From an uncultured delta proteobacterium (GTDB lineage: Bacteria > Desulfobacterota > RBG-13-43-22), in assembly GCA_963790475.1 (NCBI GenBank), contig CAWBOS010000013.1:224001-288000 (forward strand): a stretch of 64,000 nucleotides of DNA, in the 5' to 3' direction. Positions 39,983 through 48,896 of the stretch are shown here, piece after piece. Below the pieces are notes generated by a model. That model worked only from the letters and a program-made list of their open reading frames with translations, ran no database searches and had not been told where the DNA came from. The translations under genes and the position numbers were made by a program. Each line of letters begins with the position of its first letter. The first letter of the stretch is position 1.

Positions 39983-41698
39983 ATGAGCCCAAAGACCTTT
40001 TATCCCGAGTACAGTAAAAATTACCCTCTTCTGATCACGAACTTTATGAAAAGACCGCTAAGCATGTATCCGGATGATATCGCTACCGTCTATCGGAACG
40101 ATGATGGCAAGTATTTCCGGTTCACCTGGAGGGAATGGTACGCGCGCACCTGCCAGCATGCCCACCTCCTCAAGGCCTTAGGGGTTAAAGAGGGTGACCG
40201 GGTCGGCGCCATGGCGCTGAATCACCACCGCCATCTGGAGAACATTTTTGCCACCGTTGGCATAGGGGCGATTTCCCACCCCATCAATATCAGACTTTCA
40301 TTGGATCATATTGGCTACGTCATCACTCATGCCGAGGATTATGTCATCTTTTTTGATGAGATCCTCCTGCCTTTGGTCGAACTCCTTTACGACCGAATCA
40401 AGCCGGCCGTGAAAAAATTTGTCTATATGTCCGATAAACCGGGCCTGCCCAAGACCAAGATCGAGCCTCTGGTCGAATTCGAGGCCTTATTGAAGGAACA
40501 GCCGACCACCTTCGATTGGCCGGAATTGAGTGAAGACACGCATGCTGCACTTTATTACACCACCGGCACGACCGGTCTGCCTAAAGGGGCGCTGTACACC
40601 CATCGCCAGATTTATCTGCAATGTATTCATTCACTAGAAAGGGTGGGCAATTCGGTAACGCTGCCTGACGACCCGCCGCGACCTAATCAAACAAATTTTT
40701 TCGCAGTTATCCCCTTTTTCCATATCCATGCCTGGGGAACGCCCTTCATGATGGTTCATTCGGCGGCCAAGATGGTTTTTTCGAGCAAATATACCCCGGA
40801 TAGTTTCTGCGAGCTCATTCAGAATGAAAAAGTAAATGCCGCTGTGATGGTGCCGACCATGCTGGCCATGCTTTTGGAATACCCGGATCTCGATAAGTGG
40901 GATCTTACCAGTCTGGCCAGCATAACCATCGGAGGAGGCGCCTTACCACTTGGTTTAAAGAACAAAGCCGAAAAGCTTTTCCCCCATATGAGGGCCTCAT
41001 CCGGCTACGGTATGTCGGAAACGATGGCCGGTGTTATCACCGCCGTATTAAAAAGAGACATGGAGACTTGGCCGAAAGAGGAGATTGACAAGGTCCTGGT
41101 CAAGACCGGATTGCCGATGCTTCCTGCGATAGACGCCCGTGTCGTTGATGAGAACGGCAAGGATGTGCCTCACGATAACGAAACGATCGGCGAGATCATC
41201 CTGCGGGGCCATTGGATAACGGAACAGTACTTCAAAGATCCGGAGAAGACGGCCGTTGCCTGGCGGGGCGGTTGGTTCCACACCGGCGATGCGGCCAAAA
41301 TTGATCGGGACGGCTATATTATCATCGCGGATCGAATAACCGATGTCATCAGAAGCGGCTCCGAAATGGTACCCACGGTTCTTCTAGAGAATTTGACAAG
41401 CAATGCCGATTTCGTCTTGGAGGCCACCTATGTCGGTATCCCTGATGAAAAGTGGGGAGAAATACCGATGGCCCTGGTAAAGACAACGACCGGATCGAAC
41501 AAGAAAGAGGAGGATATCCTCAGTTTCCTCCAGGAAGAGGGCGTTGACAAAGGAAAGATTACCAAATGGATGCTTCCTGTATATGTCGCCTTTGTCGACG
41601 ATATCCCCAAGACAAGCGTTGGCAAATACGACAAGATAGCCGTCAGGAAGCAAATAGAGGAGTTTAAAGCCAAAGCCAAAAAGGTGCGTTCGGTATAA
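39983..41698 (+). CDS. fatty-acyl-CoA synthetase (AMP-binding)
   Basis: YTTGTTGLPKG, GYGMSET, WFHTGD, PKTSVGK. Confidence 0.95.
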   Translation: MSPKTFYPEYSKNYPLLITNFMKRPLSMYPDDIATVYRNDDGKYFRFTWREWYARTCQHAHLLKALGVKEGDRVGAMALNHHRHLENIFATVGIGAISHPINIRLSLDHIGYVITHAEDYVIFFDEILLPLVELLYDRIKPAVKKFVYMSDKPGLPKTKIEPLVEFEALLKEQPTTFDWPELSEDTHAALYYTTGTTGLPKGALYTHRQIYLQCIHSLERVGNSVTLPDDPPRPNQTNFFAVIPFFHIHAWGTPFMMVHSAAKMVFSSKYTPDSFCELIQNEKVNAAVMVPTMLAMLLEYPDLDKWDLTSLASITIGGGALPLGLKNKAEKLFPHMRASSGYGMSETMAGVITAVLKRDMETWPKEEIDKVLVKTGLPMLPAIDARVVDENGKDVPHDNETIGEIILRGHWITEQYFKDPEKTAVAWRGGWFHTGDAAKIDRDGYIIIADRITDVIRSGSEMVPTVLLENLTSNADFVLEATYVGIPDEKWGEIPMALVKTTTGSNKKEEDILSFLQEEGVDKGKITKWMLPVYVAFVDDIPKTSVGKYDKIAVRKQIEEFKAKAKKVRSV

Positions 41699-41740
41699 AA
41701 CGCATCTTCCGACATTCACATTATTTAACTTGATAAGCTC

Positions 41741-41773
41741 AAAGCCGCCATATTAACCTATGGCGGCTTTTTT
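41741..41773 (+). terminator. intrinsic terminator
   Basis: AAAGCCGCCATA...TATGGCGGCTTT plus T-run. Confidence 0.8.
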
Positions 41774-41777
41774 ATTG

Positions 41778-41892
41778 ACTTCTATTTGTAAAGTAAGGCC
41801 CGGCATAATCCCGTTTTCTTCAGAAGACCCCCTCCACCCCCCCTGCCTTCCTTTTTTTTCTTCTTGAGCTTGTACCAACCTTTCCTTATACT
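41778..41892 (+). repeat. promoter-bearing repeat, copy B (TTGAGC-N17-TATACT)
   Basis: Direct repeat of 39802-39911. Confidence 0.8.
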
Positions 41893-41998
41893 CTTTCCAC
41901 CAAAACAATTTGTTTCAAATATTAAACCTGTTTGTTTCGCGGCAATAGACTCACGACTTATTAACCAATAATTTAAATGATAAAGCGAGGGATTGGAA

Positions 41999-42508
41999 AT
42001 GGCGAGAATAGCTTATGTGGAGAAAGAACAGGCGACTGAGAAAACCCGAGATATCCTGAATAAGAACAACTGGAGCAATATCTTTCGTATGCTCGGGCAT
42101 TCGGAATCACACCTTTATAACTATTGCCGGCTGGGTAATGCCATTCGTTTCAAGGGCGAGCTTGATCCGGGTTTGCGGGAAATCGCCATTACCCGGACCG
42201 GCATACTTTGTCATTCAGATTACGAAGTCATAGCCCACAAGCGTCTGTGTGCTGCCGCCGGGGTCTCACAAGAAAAAATCGACGCCCTGGAAAAAGGGGC
42301 TGAGGCGGATGTGTTTACCGATGCCGAAAAGGATGTCCTTCGTTTTACCGACGATGTGGTTAAAAACGACCGGGCTGGCGATGAAACCTTCAATGCCGTG
42401 GCGAATCGCCTGACCCCCGGGGCACTGGTCGAACTCCACCTGGCCATCGGATTCTACATCATGACTTCGAAATTCCTGTTGACCTTTGATGTTGATTTGC
42501 AGTCCTGA
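41999..42508 (+). CDS. carboxymuconolactone decarboxylase/AhpD-like protein
   Basis: NIFRMLGHS, LREIAITR, YEVIAH, IGFY. Confidence 0.88.
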   Translation: MARIAYVEKEQATEKTRDILNKNNWSNIFRMLGHSESHLYNYCRLGNAIRFKGELDPGLREIAITRTGILCHSDYEVIAHKRLCAAAGVSQEKIDALEKGAEADVFTDAEKDVLRFTDDVVKNDRAGDETFNAVANRLTPGALVELHLAIGFYIMTSKFLLTFDVDLQS

Positions 42509-42655
42509 GACCACCCCCTCTTCGTAGGGGAGAGGGAGTATCTCCGGACGAACTTTACCTGGTCATTGAAGAACCGTTATATTCCACCCTTTTAATTATA
42601 TTGACAATTTTCTTCAAAAATGCGACAGACTTATTCCTATACTAAATTATTGAAT

Positions 42656-42771
42656 AACATCCCAACTTAACCCCAACCTGCCTGGAGTGGGTAATGAAGT
42701 GGGAAGTTTCAGAAAATTCCAATATAAAGCCTCCCATGGGTCTTTCAGTTCCATAGGAGGCTTCTTTTTTT
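42656..42771 (+). promoter_or_regulatory. conserved leader element, copy 4
   Basis: AACATCCCAAC..AACCCCAACCT shared with copy 1; ATGAAGTGGGAAGTTTCAGAAAATTCCAATATAA then hairpin and T-run. Confidence 0.65.
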
Positions 42772-42803
42772 ACCAACATTTCATTTCTAAGGAGGTATCA
42801 AAA

Positions 42804-43109
42804 ATGATCAAAGTCAGCGTGTTGTATCCGAATGAAGAGGGCAAGAAATTTGACATGATCTATTACTGCAATAAACACATTCCCATGTGCCAGGAAAAGT
42901 TAGGGTGTATTCAAGTGGCTGTAGAACAGGGATTGGCCGGTGCGGCCCCGGGAACCCCAGCTCCTTATATCGCCATGGGCCATCTGTATTTCGATTCCCT
43001 GGAGGCGTTGCAGGTCGCCTTTGAACATCACGCCGCAGAGATCATGGCCGATATTCCCAACTACACTGAAATCGCCCCTGTGATGCAGATCAGCGAGGTA
43101 AAAATGTAG
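42804..43109 (+). CDS. EthD family protein
   Basis: MIKVSVLYP, FDMIYYCNKHIP, ADIPNYT, QISEV; AAGGAGG RBS. Confidence 0.92.
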   Translation: MIKVSVLYPNEEGKKFDMIYYCNKHIPMCQEKLGCIQVAVEQGLAGAAPGTPAPYIAMGHLYFDSLEALQVAFEHHAAEIMADIPNYTEIAPVMQISEVKM

Positions 43110-43312
43110 CTATACCGGATACTGGATAATCCGAATGTCCTGGTTTTGCTTCAAACGGGGACGTCAGAGGCGGGGCCATCCTGGCCCTGCCTCTTTCCCA
43201 CATTTCAATCCGTAATGCTTAACATTTCTTCAAACTCCATAGGCTTGACTCGTAGGTGCAAGTTCCCAAGCAGGAAGAGTCTGCTTCTTTCTTTCCTCTT
43301 ACCCCATTCGAT

Positions 43313-43430
43313 ATGTAAAGTCCGGACCGGCAAAGTTCCATTTTCTTCACAGGACACCCCTCCGCCCCCTGGCCTTCTGCTGTATTTTCTGCCATAATTC
43401 TGCCTTTTCCTTCAATTATACTCTTCCCAT
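43313..43430 (+). repeat. promoter-bearing repeat, diverged copy C
   Basis: TGTAAAGT.CGG.CCGGCA...TTTTCTTCA...CCCCTCC.CCCCCT...TTATACTC. Confidence 0.65.
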
Positions 43431-43450
43431 CAATAAAAAAATCCTTCCGG

Positions 43451-43624
43451 ATGAACAAGTATTCAAAGGACCAGACGCTGGTCTTCTACTGTGCCTGACC
43501 GAACGAGGCGACGAGTGCCAGGGTGGCACGGCAATTGACGACCAAAGGGTATTCCAAGGTTTACGCTTTGAAGGGAGGCTGGCATGAATGGTTCAATGCC
43601 AAATTCCCGATAGAGAATAAATAG
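43451..43624 (+). CDS. rhodanese-like selenoprotein, C-terminal half (in-frame UGA 43496-43498)
   Basis: MNKYSKDQTLVFYCA-U-PNEATSARVA...VYALKGGWHEW; hairpin GTGCCA-GGG-TGGCAC at 43515-43529. Confidence 0.8.
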
Positions 43625-43668
43625 AACCTACTCCCCGCTCTCAAGAACAACTTCCTCATTTTTACCCA

Positions 43669-43911
43669 CTAACGAAGCAGTTCCTGTTTTAATTGGCTGG
43701 CCATGATGGTCTCATACAGACCCGGAGCCAACCGGGAAACCCAATAAGTCATTTTTCCCACCGGGGTGAGCACCAGTATCCGCTTTTTCTTATTAACACC
43801 CCGAAAAACCATTTCGGCCACGTGCTCCGGTGTATCCTCCCGGCCCACCTTTGATTGCGGATGCCAGGTTACCTCTCCGTTTCCGTCGAGAGCCCGATCC
43901 TGGAGGTTTGG
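43669..43911 (-). pseudogene. SDR oxidoreductase C-terminal remnant
   Basis: NLQDRALDGNG...TPEHVAEMVFRG...RLAPGLYETIM...LLR* directly abutting the MFS stop. Confidence 0.65.
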
Positions 43912-45216
43912 TTACCTTTCCTCCAGGCCGATGGATATTTTTTCTACTTTAGCCAGATCCCTTTCATAAAAGTGAGAACCGGCATAGAAAAAAATTCCGG
44001 CCAGGATGGGAGATAAAGAGACCAGGATCAGAGCGGTCCTGATATCGTACCGGTCCGAGATAAATCCGGTAAAGATCGGACCCAAAGAACTGCCCAGTAA
44101 ATTTTGAACGATGACGCAAAAACTGTAGGAAGTGGCCCTTAGGCCCGGATGAACTACGTCTTGAGTAACGGCGATGGCCGAAGAAGCAAAGGCAATGGCC
44201 GAAATTCCGCCCAGTAAAAAAAAGCCGTATTGAATGTTTCCGGAAAATAAAACGAAGGCTGAAACAAAGATAACGGCGGTTACGATAGAGGAAAGGGCGC
44301 TGAACAACAAACGGGCATTGGCCTTCTTCTTGAGCCATTTATCCGCCAGAAATCCGCCCAAAGGGGAACCGACAATGGCCATCAGCAAGACCAGACTGCC
44401 TTTAAAGGAAGCCTTTTCCATGGGCATATCTTCGAAACGGTGAAGGAAGGTAGGCAGCCAGCTCAGGATGGAGGTGGTCAGGAAGGTGCTGCCGGCAAAA
44501 CCGATATACGTAAAAAGAAGGGAGGGGGTTCGGCTGAATTCCCGGGCGATATCCCAGGTCTTCATTTTCAAGGGTTCCGGGCCATCGGCTTTCTGTCCCT
44601 GAGATTTAATCAGTTGTACGGTTTTATAATCTCGGATAAAAAAGAAAAGCAGGGCAATAATCAGGCCGGGCAAAGCCACCAGTCCGAAGGCCTGCCGCCA
44701 TCCGTAGCGGACGGCAATAAAGCCGCCCAGGGCCACTCCCAGGGCACTGCCTAGAGGAATGGACATATTCCAGATTCCGACCAGCATGGCCCGTTTTTTT
44801 TCAGGGAACAAGGCCGAGATCATGGCTGTTCCTCCCGGGGCATAACCGGCTTCTCCGATGCCTATGGCTGAGCGGGCGACAAAAAGATGAGTAAAATTTT
44901 GGGCAAAGGCACAGGAGGCGGTGGCTAAGCTCCATAAGATCGCCATTAAACCGATACTTCTTTTTCGACTCCAACGGTCTATGATTATCGAAACGGGAAA
45001 GGAAAAAAGAACGATTGACCAGTAAACCGCCGACACCAGCATACCGCATTGGGTGTCCGTTAGTCCCCAATCCTTTATTAAGTAAGGGAACAGGGAAACC
45101 ACCACCAGGCGGTCGATATAGTCGAACATGTATAAAAGAAAGAGCAGGGAAAAGATATAATAAGATTGGCCTTTGGAAAGCAAATATCCTTCGGCCGGGC
45201 TGTTATTCTTTGGCAT
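43912..45216 (-). CDS. MFS transporter (spinster-like)
   Basis: DYIDR, DRWSRK, GIGEA, multiple TM segments. Confidence 0.93.
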   Translation of the reverse strand: MPKNNSPAEGYLLSKGQSYYIFSLLFLLYMFDYIDRLVVVSLFPYLIKDWGLTDTQCGMLVSAVYWSIVLFSFPVSIIIDRWSRKRSIGLMAILWSLATASCAFAQNFTHLFVARSAIGIGEAGYAPGGTAMISALFPEKKRAMLVGIWNMSIPLGSALGVALGGFIAVRYGWRQAFGLVALPGLIIALLFFFIRDYKTVQLIKSQGQKADGPEPLKMKTWDIAREFSRTPSLLFTYIGFAGSTFLTTSILSWLPTFLHRFEDMPMEKASFKGSLVLLMAIVGSPLGGFLADKWLKKKANARLLFSALSSIVTAVIFVSAFVLFSGNIQYGFFLLGGISAIAFASSAIAVTQDVVHPGLRATSYSFCVIVQNLLGSSLGPIFTGFISDRYDIRTALILVSLSPILAGIFFYAGSHFYERDLAKVEKISIGLEER

Positions 45217-45241
45217 AACCCCTCCTTAAAAGACAGCGTTT

Positions 45242-46936
45242 TTACGCCTTATAGGCCCCCAGATTGGCCAGGGCCACGCTGCCCGGACTGATGGTCGTTG
45301 GATCGGTCATGACATTAATGCAGGTCGTCTTCCCGGAAGCAAAGGCCTCTTCCAAAGCCGGACGAATATCCTCCGGATGTTCAACCAGCATTCCTTTACC
45401 GCCCAGGTCCTCCACCAACTTATGATAATTGACCCGGCCGATATAGGTGCCATCAGGAATAGCATGCCCTATTTTCAATTCCTGGCTGTGCCGGATCATG
45501 CCCCAGCCCAGATCATTACTGATCACCGCCACAATAGGCAGGTTCTTGCGTATGGCCGTTTCAAACTCCATAAAATTGAAGCCCACCGATCCATCACCGA
45601 TAATCAGGCAGACCCTTTTCCGGGGATAAAGATATTGGGCGGTGTTGGCATAAGGAATTCCAACTCCCAGGCAGCCATATAGGCCGGAATCGAGATAGTG
45701 GCCGGACTGCCGGACCGTCCGGGTCATGCCCATCCAGATCTGGGTATCACCGCCGTCGGCTACGACAATATCATCTTCCCGGTCCATAAAGTGATTGATC
45801 TCGGCCGCCAGACGTAAAGGGTGGATGGGGGTTTCGGTGCTTTCCCACTGGGTTTTGGCCTCGGCTTTTCCGTCTTGTCCGGCCTTTCTTAAGGTAGAGA
45901 CCCAATCTTCAAATCTTTTTTGAAGGCCCGAATTAAGATTTTTTCCCTCGATGAGGCGGTTGCAGACAGCCAGCAAGCCTTGAATATCGCTGACTACCGA
46001 TAGATCCACCGAACGATTTCTTCCGATTTCTTCGGCTTCAATATCCACCTGGATAATTTTGGCTTCCTTGTTAAAAAGCTCCCCGAAGATATAAAAGAGG
46101 CTCATGCGCGCCCCCAGAAACAGGACCAGATCGGCACTCATATTGGCAAAAAGGGCCGCACCGGGGCGAACGGCCAGAGAGGATTCAAAACATAGCGGAT
46201 GGGTGTCGGGAATAGTCCCCCGGCCGAGAGAGGAGGTGAAGGCCGGTATTCCGGTCTTTTCCACAAATTCAATCAGCTCCTGCCCGGCCCCGGAATACCA
46301 GGTCCCGCTGCCGGCAATGACGATAGGCTGGGAGGACTGTTGAAGCAACTCGATGATTTTCTGGCACTGGTCCAGGTCCACCGGATGAGATTGGATCACA
46401 CTGTAGGTCCTTTTAACGGCTGTCGGATCAGTCTGGGCGTTAAGCACATCCACGGGCAGTTCCAAATAGACCGGTCCCGGGCGACCGCTGGCGGCAATAC
46501 GATAGGCCAGGTCAATAAACTCCGGGATCCGCTCCGGCTTATGACAAACCAGGGCCTTCTTGACCATGGGCTCGATTACCGGGGCCTGACGCATGTCCTG
46601 CAAATCCAGCTTTTCGATGCATTCCACGCCCACGCACCCTGAAATAAGGACCAGCGGTGAATTGGCCAACCGGGCATTGGCCACAGCCGACAGGGCATTG
46701 GTGAAACCCGGCCCGGCTGTGACCATGGCCGTTCCCGGCTTTCGCCTCATTCTCCCCCAGGCCTCGGCCATAAAAACCGCGCCCTGCTCGTGGCGGGTAT
46801 CAAACAGCTTAATGGGTGAGTCCTCCAGGTATTGGTAGATCGGGGTGATATGTCCGCCGCTTAAGGTAAAAATCGTTTCCACGCCTTGCCGAATCAAGGC
46901 TTCGGCCGTGAGTTGTCCTCCGGAAATTTTTCCCAT
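45242..46936 (-). CDS. thiamine-diphosphate enzyme (acetolactate synthase-like / 2-hydroxyacyl-CoA lyase-like)
   Basis: TRHEQ, GPGFTN, GRPGPV, GDGS...ND ThDP motif. Confidence 0.92.
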   Translation of the reverse strand: MGKISGGQLTAEALIRQGVETIFTLSGGHITPIYQYLEDSPIKLFDTRHEQGAVFMAEAWGRMRRKPGTAMVTAGPGFTNALSAVANARLANSPLVLISGCVGVECIEKLDLQDMRQAPVIEPMVKKALVCHKPERIPEFIDLAYRIAASGRPGPVYLELPVDVLNAQTDPTAVKRTYSVIQSHPVDLDQCQKIIELLQQSSQPIVIAGSGTWYSGAGQELIEFVEKTGIPAFTSSLGRGTIPDTHPLCFESSLAVRPGAALFANMSADLVLFLGARMSLFYIFGELFNKEAKIIQVDIEAEEIGRNRSVDLSVVSDIQGLLAVCNRLIEGKNLNSGLQKRFEDWVSTLRKAGQDGKAEAKTQWESTETPIHPLRLAAEINHFMDREDDIVVADGGDTQIWMGMTRTVRQSGHYLDSGLYGCLGVGIPYANTAQYLYPRKRVCLIIGDGSVGFNFMEFETAIRKNLPIVAVISNDLGWGMIRHSQELKIGHAIPDGTYIGRVNYHKLVEDLGGKGMLVEHPEDIRPALEEAFASGKTTCINVMTDPTTISPGSVALANLGAYKA

Positions 46937-47001
46937 ATTTTTTACTTTTCAGATCAATATCGAAGATTCGTAACAGTTTAGCTTCTTGAAATAACTGTTT
47001 C

Positions 47002-47178
47002 CACCGCAAAGGCGCAAAGGGCGCAAAGAAGAAGATATATTATTGATTGTCCCGCGGGACAATCAATAACCCCCGCTACCCTGCGGGTAATTGTTTGGCC
47101 GGAGGCCAGAGCTGTTTTATTCAATCCCGCCTCTCACGGGATTGAACAATAATGATTCACTCTGCGTTCTTTGCGTCT
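47002..47178. repeat. ~185 bp palindromic repeat (CACCGCAAAG...CTTTGCGGTG), interrupted by IS110; last bases at 48779-48786
   Basis: Inverted copy at 50875-51056; partial copy ~60886-60952. Confidence 0.8.
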
Positions 47179-47241
47179 GGTTTATTGTTGTCAAGAGTTT
47201 TTTAAATATTATTAAACAAACTGGTAACTATCTTAGAGTGA

Positions 47242-47389
47242 CACCTTGCCCAACTCTGGTAATTTGAGAGTCTCAACAGAGCTCTAACCTTGCTTTATTG
47301 GGGTTAAGGTGCAAGCGGAGAGTTATTTAAGCTCTGCGAGAAGGTCGACTTAGTCGCCTTAGATGCCGCAAACGATAATCTCTCCGCTT
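47242..47389 (-). ncRNA. predicted IS110 bridge RNA (target loop ~47313-47389, donor loop ~47242-47311)
   Basis: Two stem/internal-loop/stem units whose loop strands match target and donor flanks. Confidence 0.7.
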
Positions 47390-47404
47390 ACACGCTAAGA
47401 AGGT

Positions 47405-48664
47405 CTAAGCAGCCAGTTTTAACGTTGCTCCTTTTGAATAATTTTCCATATATTCGTTATGATCACGCACCAAGGCAAAAATAACACCGAGAAGCTTCCG
47501 GGCAATGGCTACCAGGGCCTTGATCTTGGGCATTCCTTGATCCAGATGCCTTTGATAGGCCGTATGCATCACTCCCCCTTTTCGAACCGTATTGATAGCG
47601 GCAAAAAAGAGGATTTTCCTAAGAAGCGACCGGCCTCTTTTGGATATATGACGATTCCCTTGGTGCCTTCCAGAACTGATTTCAAAGAGGTTCAGTCCGG
47701 CCAACTTCAGGACTTCAGCCAGCGTATGAAATTTACGAAAATCCCCGACTTCTCCAATCAGTCCGGCGGTGGTAACCTCTCCTATCCCTTTCAAGGACAG
47801 AATCGAATGACTATAGGGGATCTCGGGAAGAAGGGCCGCCATCTCCTGTTCCGCCTTCTCAATAAACTGGTCAGAAGATTCAATCTCAGAAAGAAGTTCT
47901 CGTATCTCAAAAAGAATCGCCTTGCGGCCTTCTTGAAGACCTACGGAATGGCCAGCGGCCGCATAAAGGGCCGGGGCTCGCTCTTTATCCAGCTTCCCTC
48001 GGCTAACCCGTCTCAGCGTGGCCCTCAAGGTCCCAAGACCACATTGGATAATATCTTCCGGGCACGGATAATGCCGCAACAGATATTGGGCACTGCGGGT
48101 TTTAATATTCTTCATCACTTGCAGAAACTCGGGGAAGACAATAAAGACCAAATCCTGAATCTGGTTCAAAAGGCCCGTTCGTCTTCGTATGGCTCTCTCC
48201 CTGGCATGGGTCAGTCGGCGAAGTTCAGCTGCCGCGCCTTCGGGAATGACCACGGTAAGGGCATGACCCAGCTCAATAATATCCGCAATGACTTTGGGAT
48301 CTTTCCTATCCGTCTTATTGGGCGAGTTACCCTGGACTTCCTTCAACTTCTTCGTATGCATAGGATTAACCTGAACCAGTGTCACCGGCCGTTTCATCAG
48401 AAAATGTTGCAAGGGTTCTCCATAAGACCCGGTGGATTCAAAACCAACCACGATTTCTTCCAAGTGATTGGCCTCTTTGGCCTCAACCATCCGATTCCAA
48501 AATTTCGTAAATCCTTGATCATTATTGAAAAACTCAAAAGGTTTGATTTCCGTCCGGTCTGGACAGCGGCCATATCCCATATTGGTCGTTTTGCCTATGT
48601 CCACGGTACCGATAAGGGTTTTTTCATTGACCTTCTTAAGTTTTTTTGTTTCAATCTTATTCAT
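47405..48664 (-). CDS. IS110 family DEDD recombinase/transposase
   Basis: VDIGK, FESTGSY, KTDRKD, SSG, ISKRG, VAIARKL. Confidence 0.96.
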   Translation of the reverse strand: MNKIETKKLKKVNEKTLIGTVDIGKTTNMGYGRCPDRTEIKPFEFFNNDQGFTKFWNRMVEAKEANHLEEIVVGFESTGSYGEPLQHFLMKRPVTLVQVNPMHTKKLKEVQGNSPNKTDRKDPKVIADIIELGHALTVVIPEGAAAELRRLTHARERAIRRRTGLLNQIQDLVFIVFPEFLQVMKNIKTRSAQYLLRHYPCPEDIIQCGLGTLRATLRRVSRGKLDKERAPALYAAAGHSVGLQEGRKAILFEIRELLSEIESSDQFIEKAEQEMAALLPEIPYSHSILSLKGIGEVTTAGLIGEVGDFRKFHTLAEVLKLAGLNLFEISSGRHQGNRHISKRGRSLLRKILFFAAINTVRKGGVMHTAYQRHLDQGMPKIKALVAIARKLLGVIFALVRDHNEYMENYSKGATLKLAA

Positions 48665-48896
48665 GGCTATACTCCTTTCCTTGGTTTGGGTTTAACCAAC
48701 TTGCAAATTGGACCTCAAATCAAGAAAGAGTATAGCCTTTTTTGTACGGCTTAACTACTTTCTAAAATATAGCAAGCTTTGCGGTGAGCAAAAACTCTTT
48801 TTCAAAAACTTAAAGTGTTACAAAAGCTCAAAGAAGATTTTGGCCCGGCAAAAGGTGTTTGGTTCTTCCTTGAACCTTGAACCTCGCACCGTTTAT

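Larger units (their letters stand above)
47179..48778 (-). mobile_element. complete IS110-family insertion sequence, CT core
   Basis: CT at both junctions (47177-78, 48777-78); removal restores the repeat end; joined ends form TTGACA-N17-TATATT. Confidence 0.88.

Noticed and set aside
47459-48754. 431-aa antisense ORF over the IS110 transposase
   Set aside because: Shadow frame with no recognisable motifs; the minus-strand protein has all IS110 motifs
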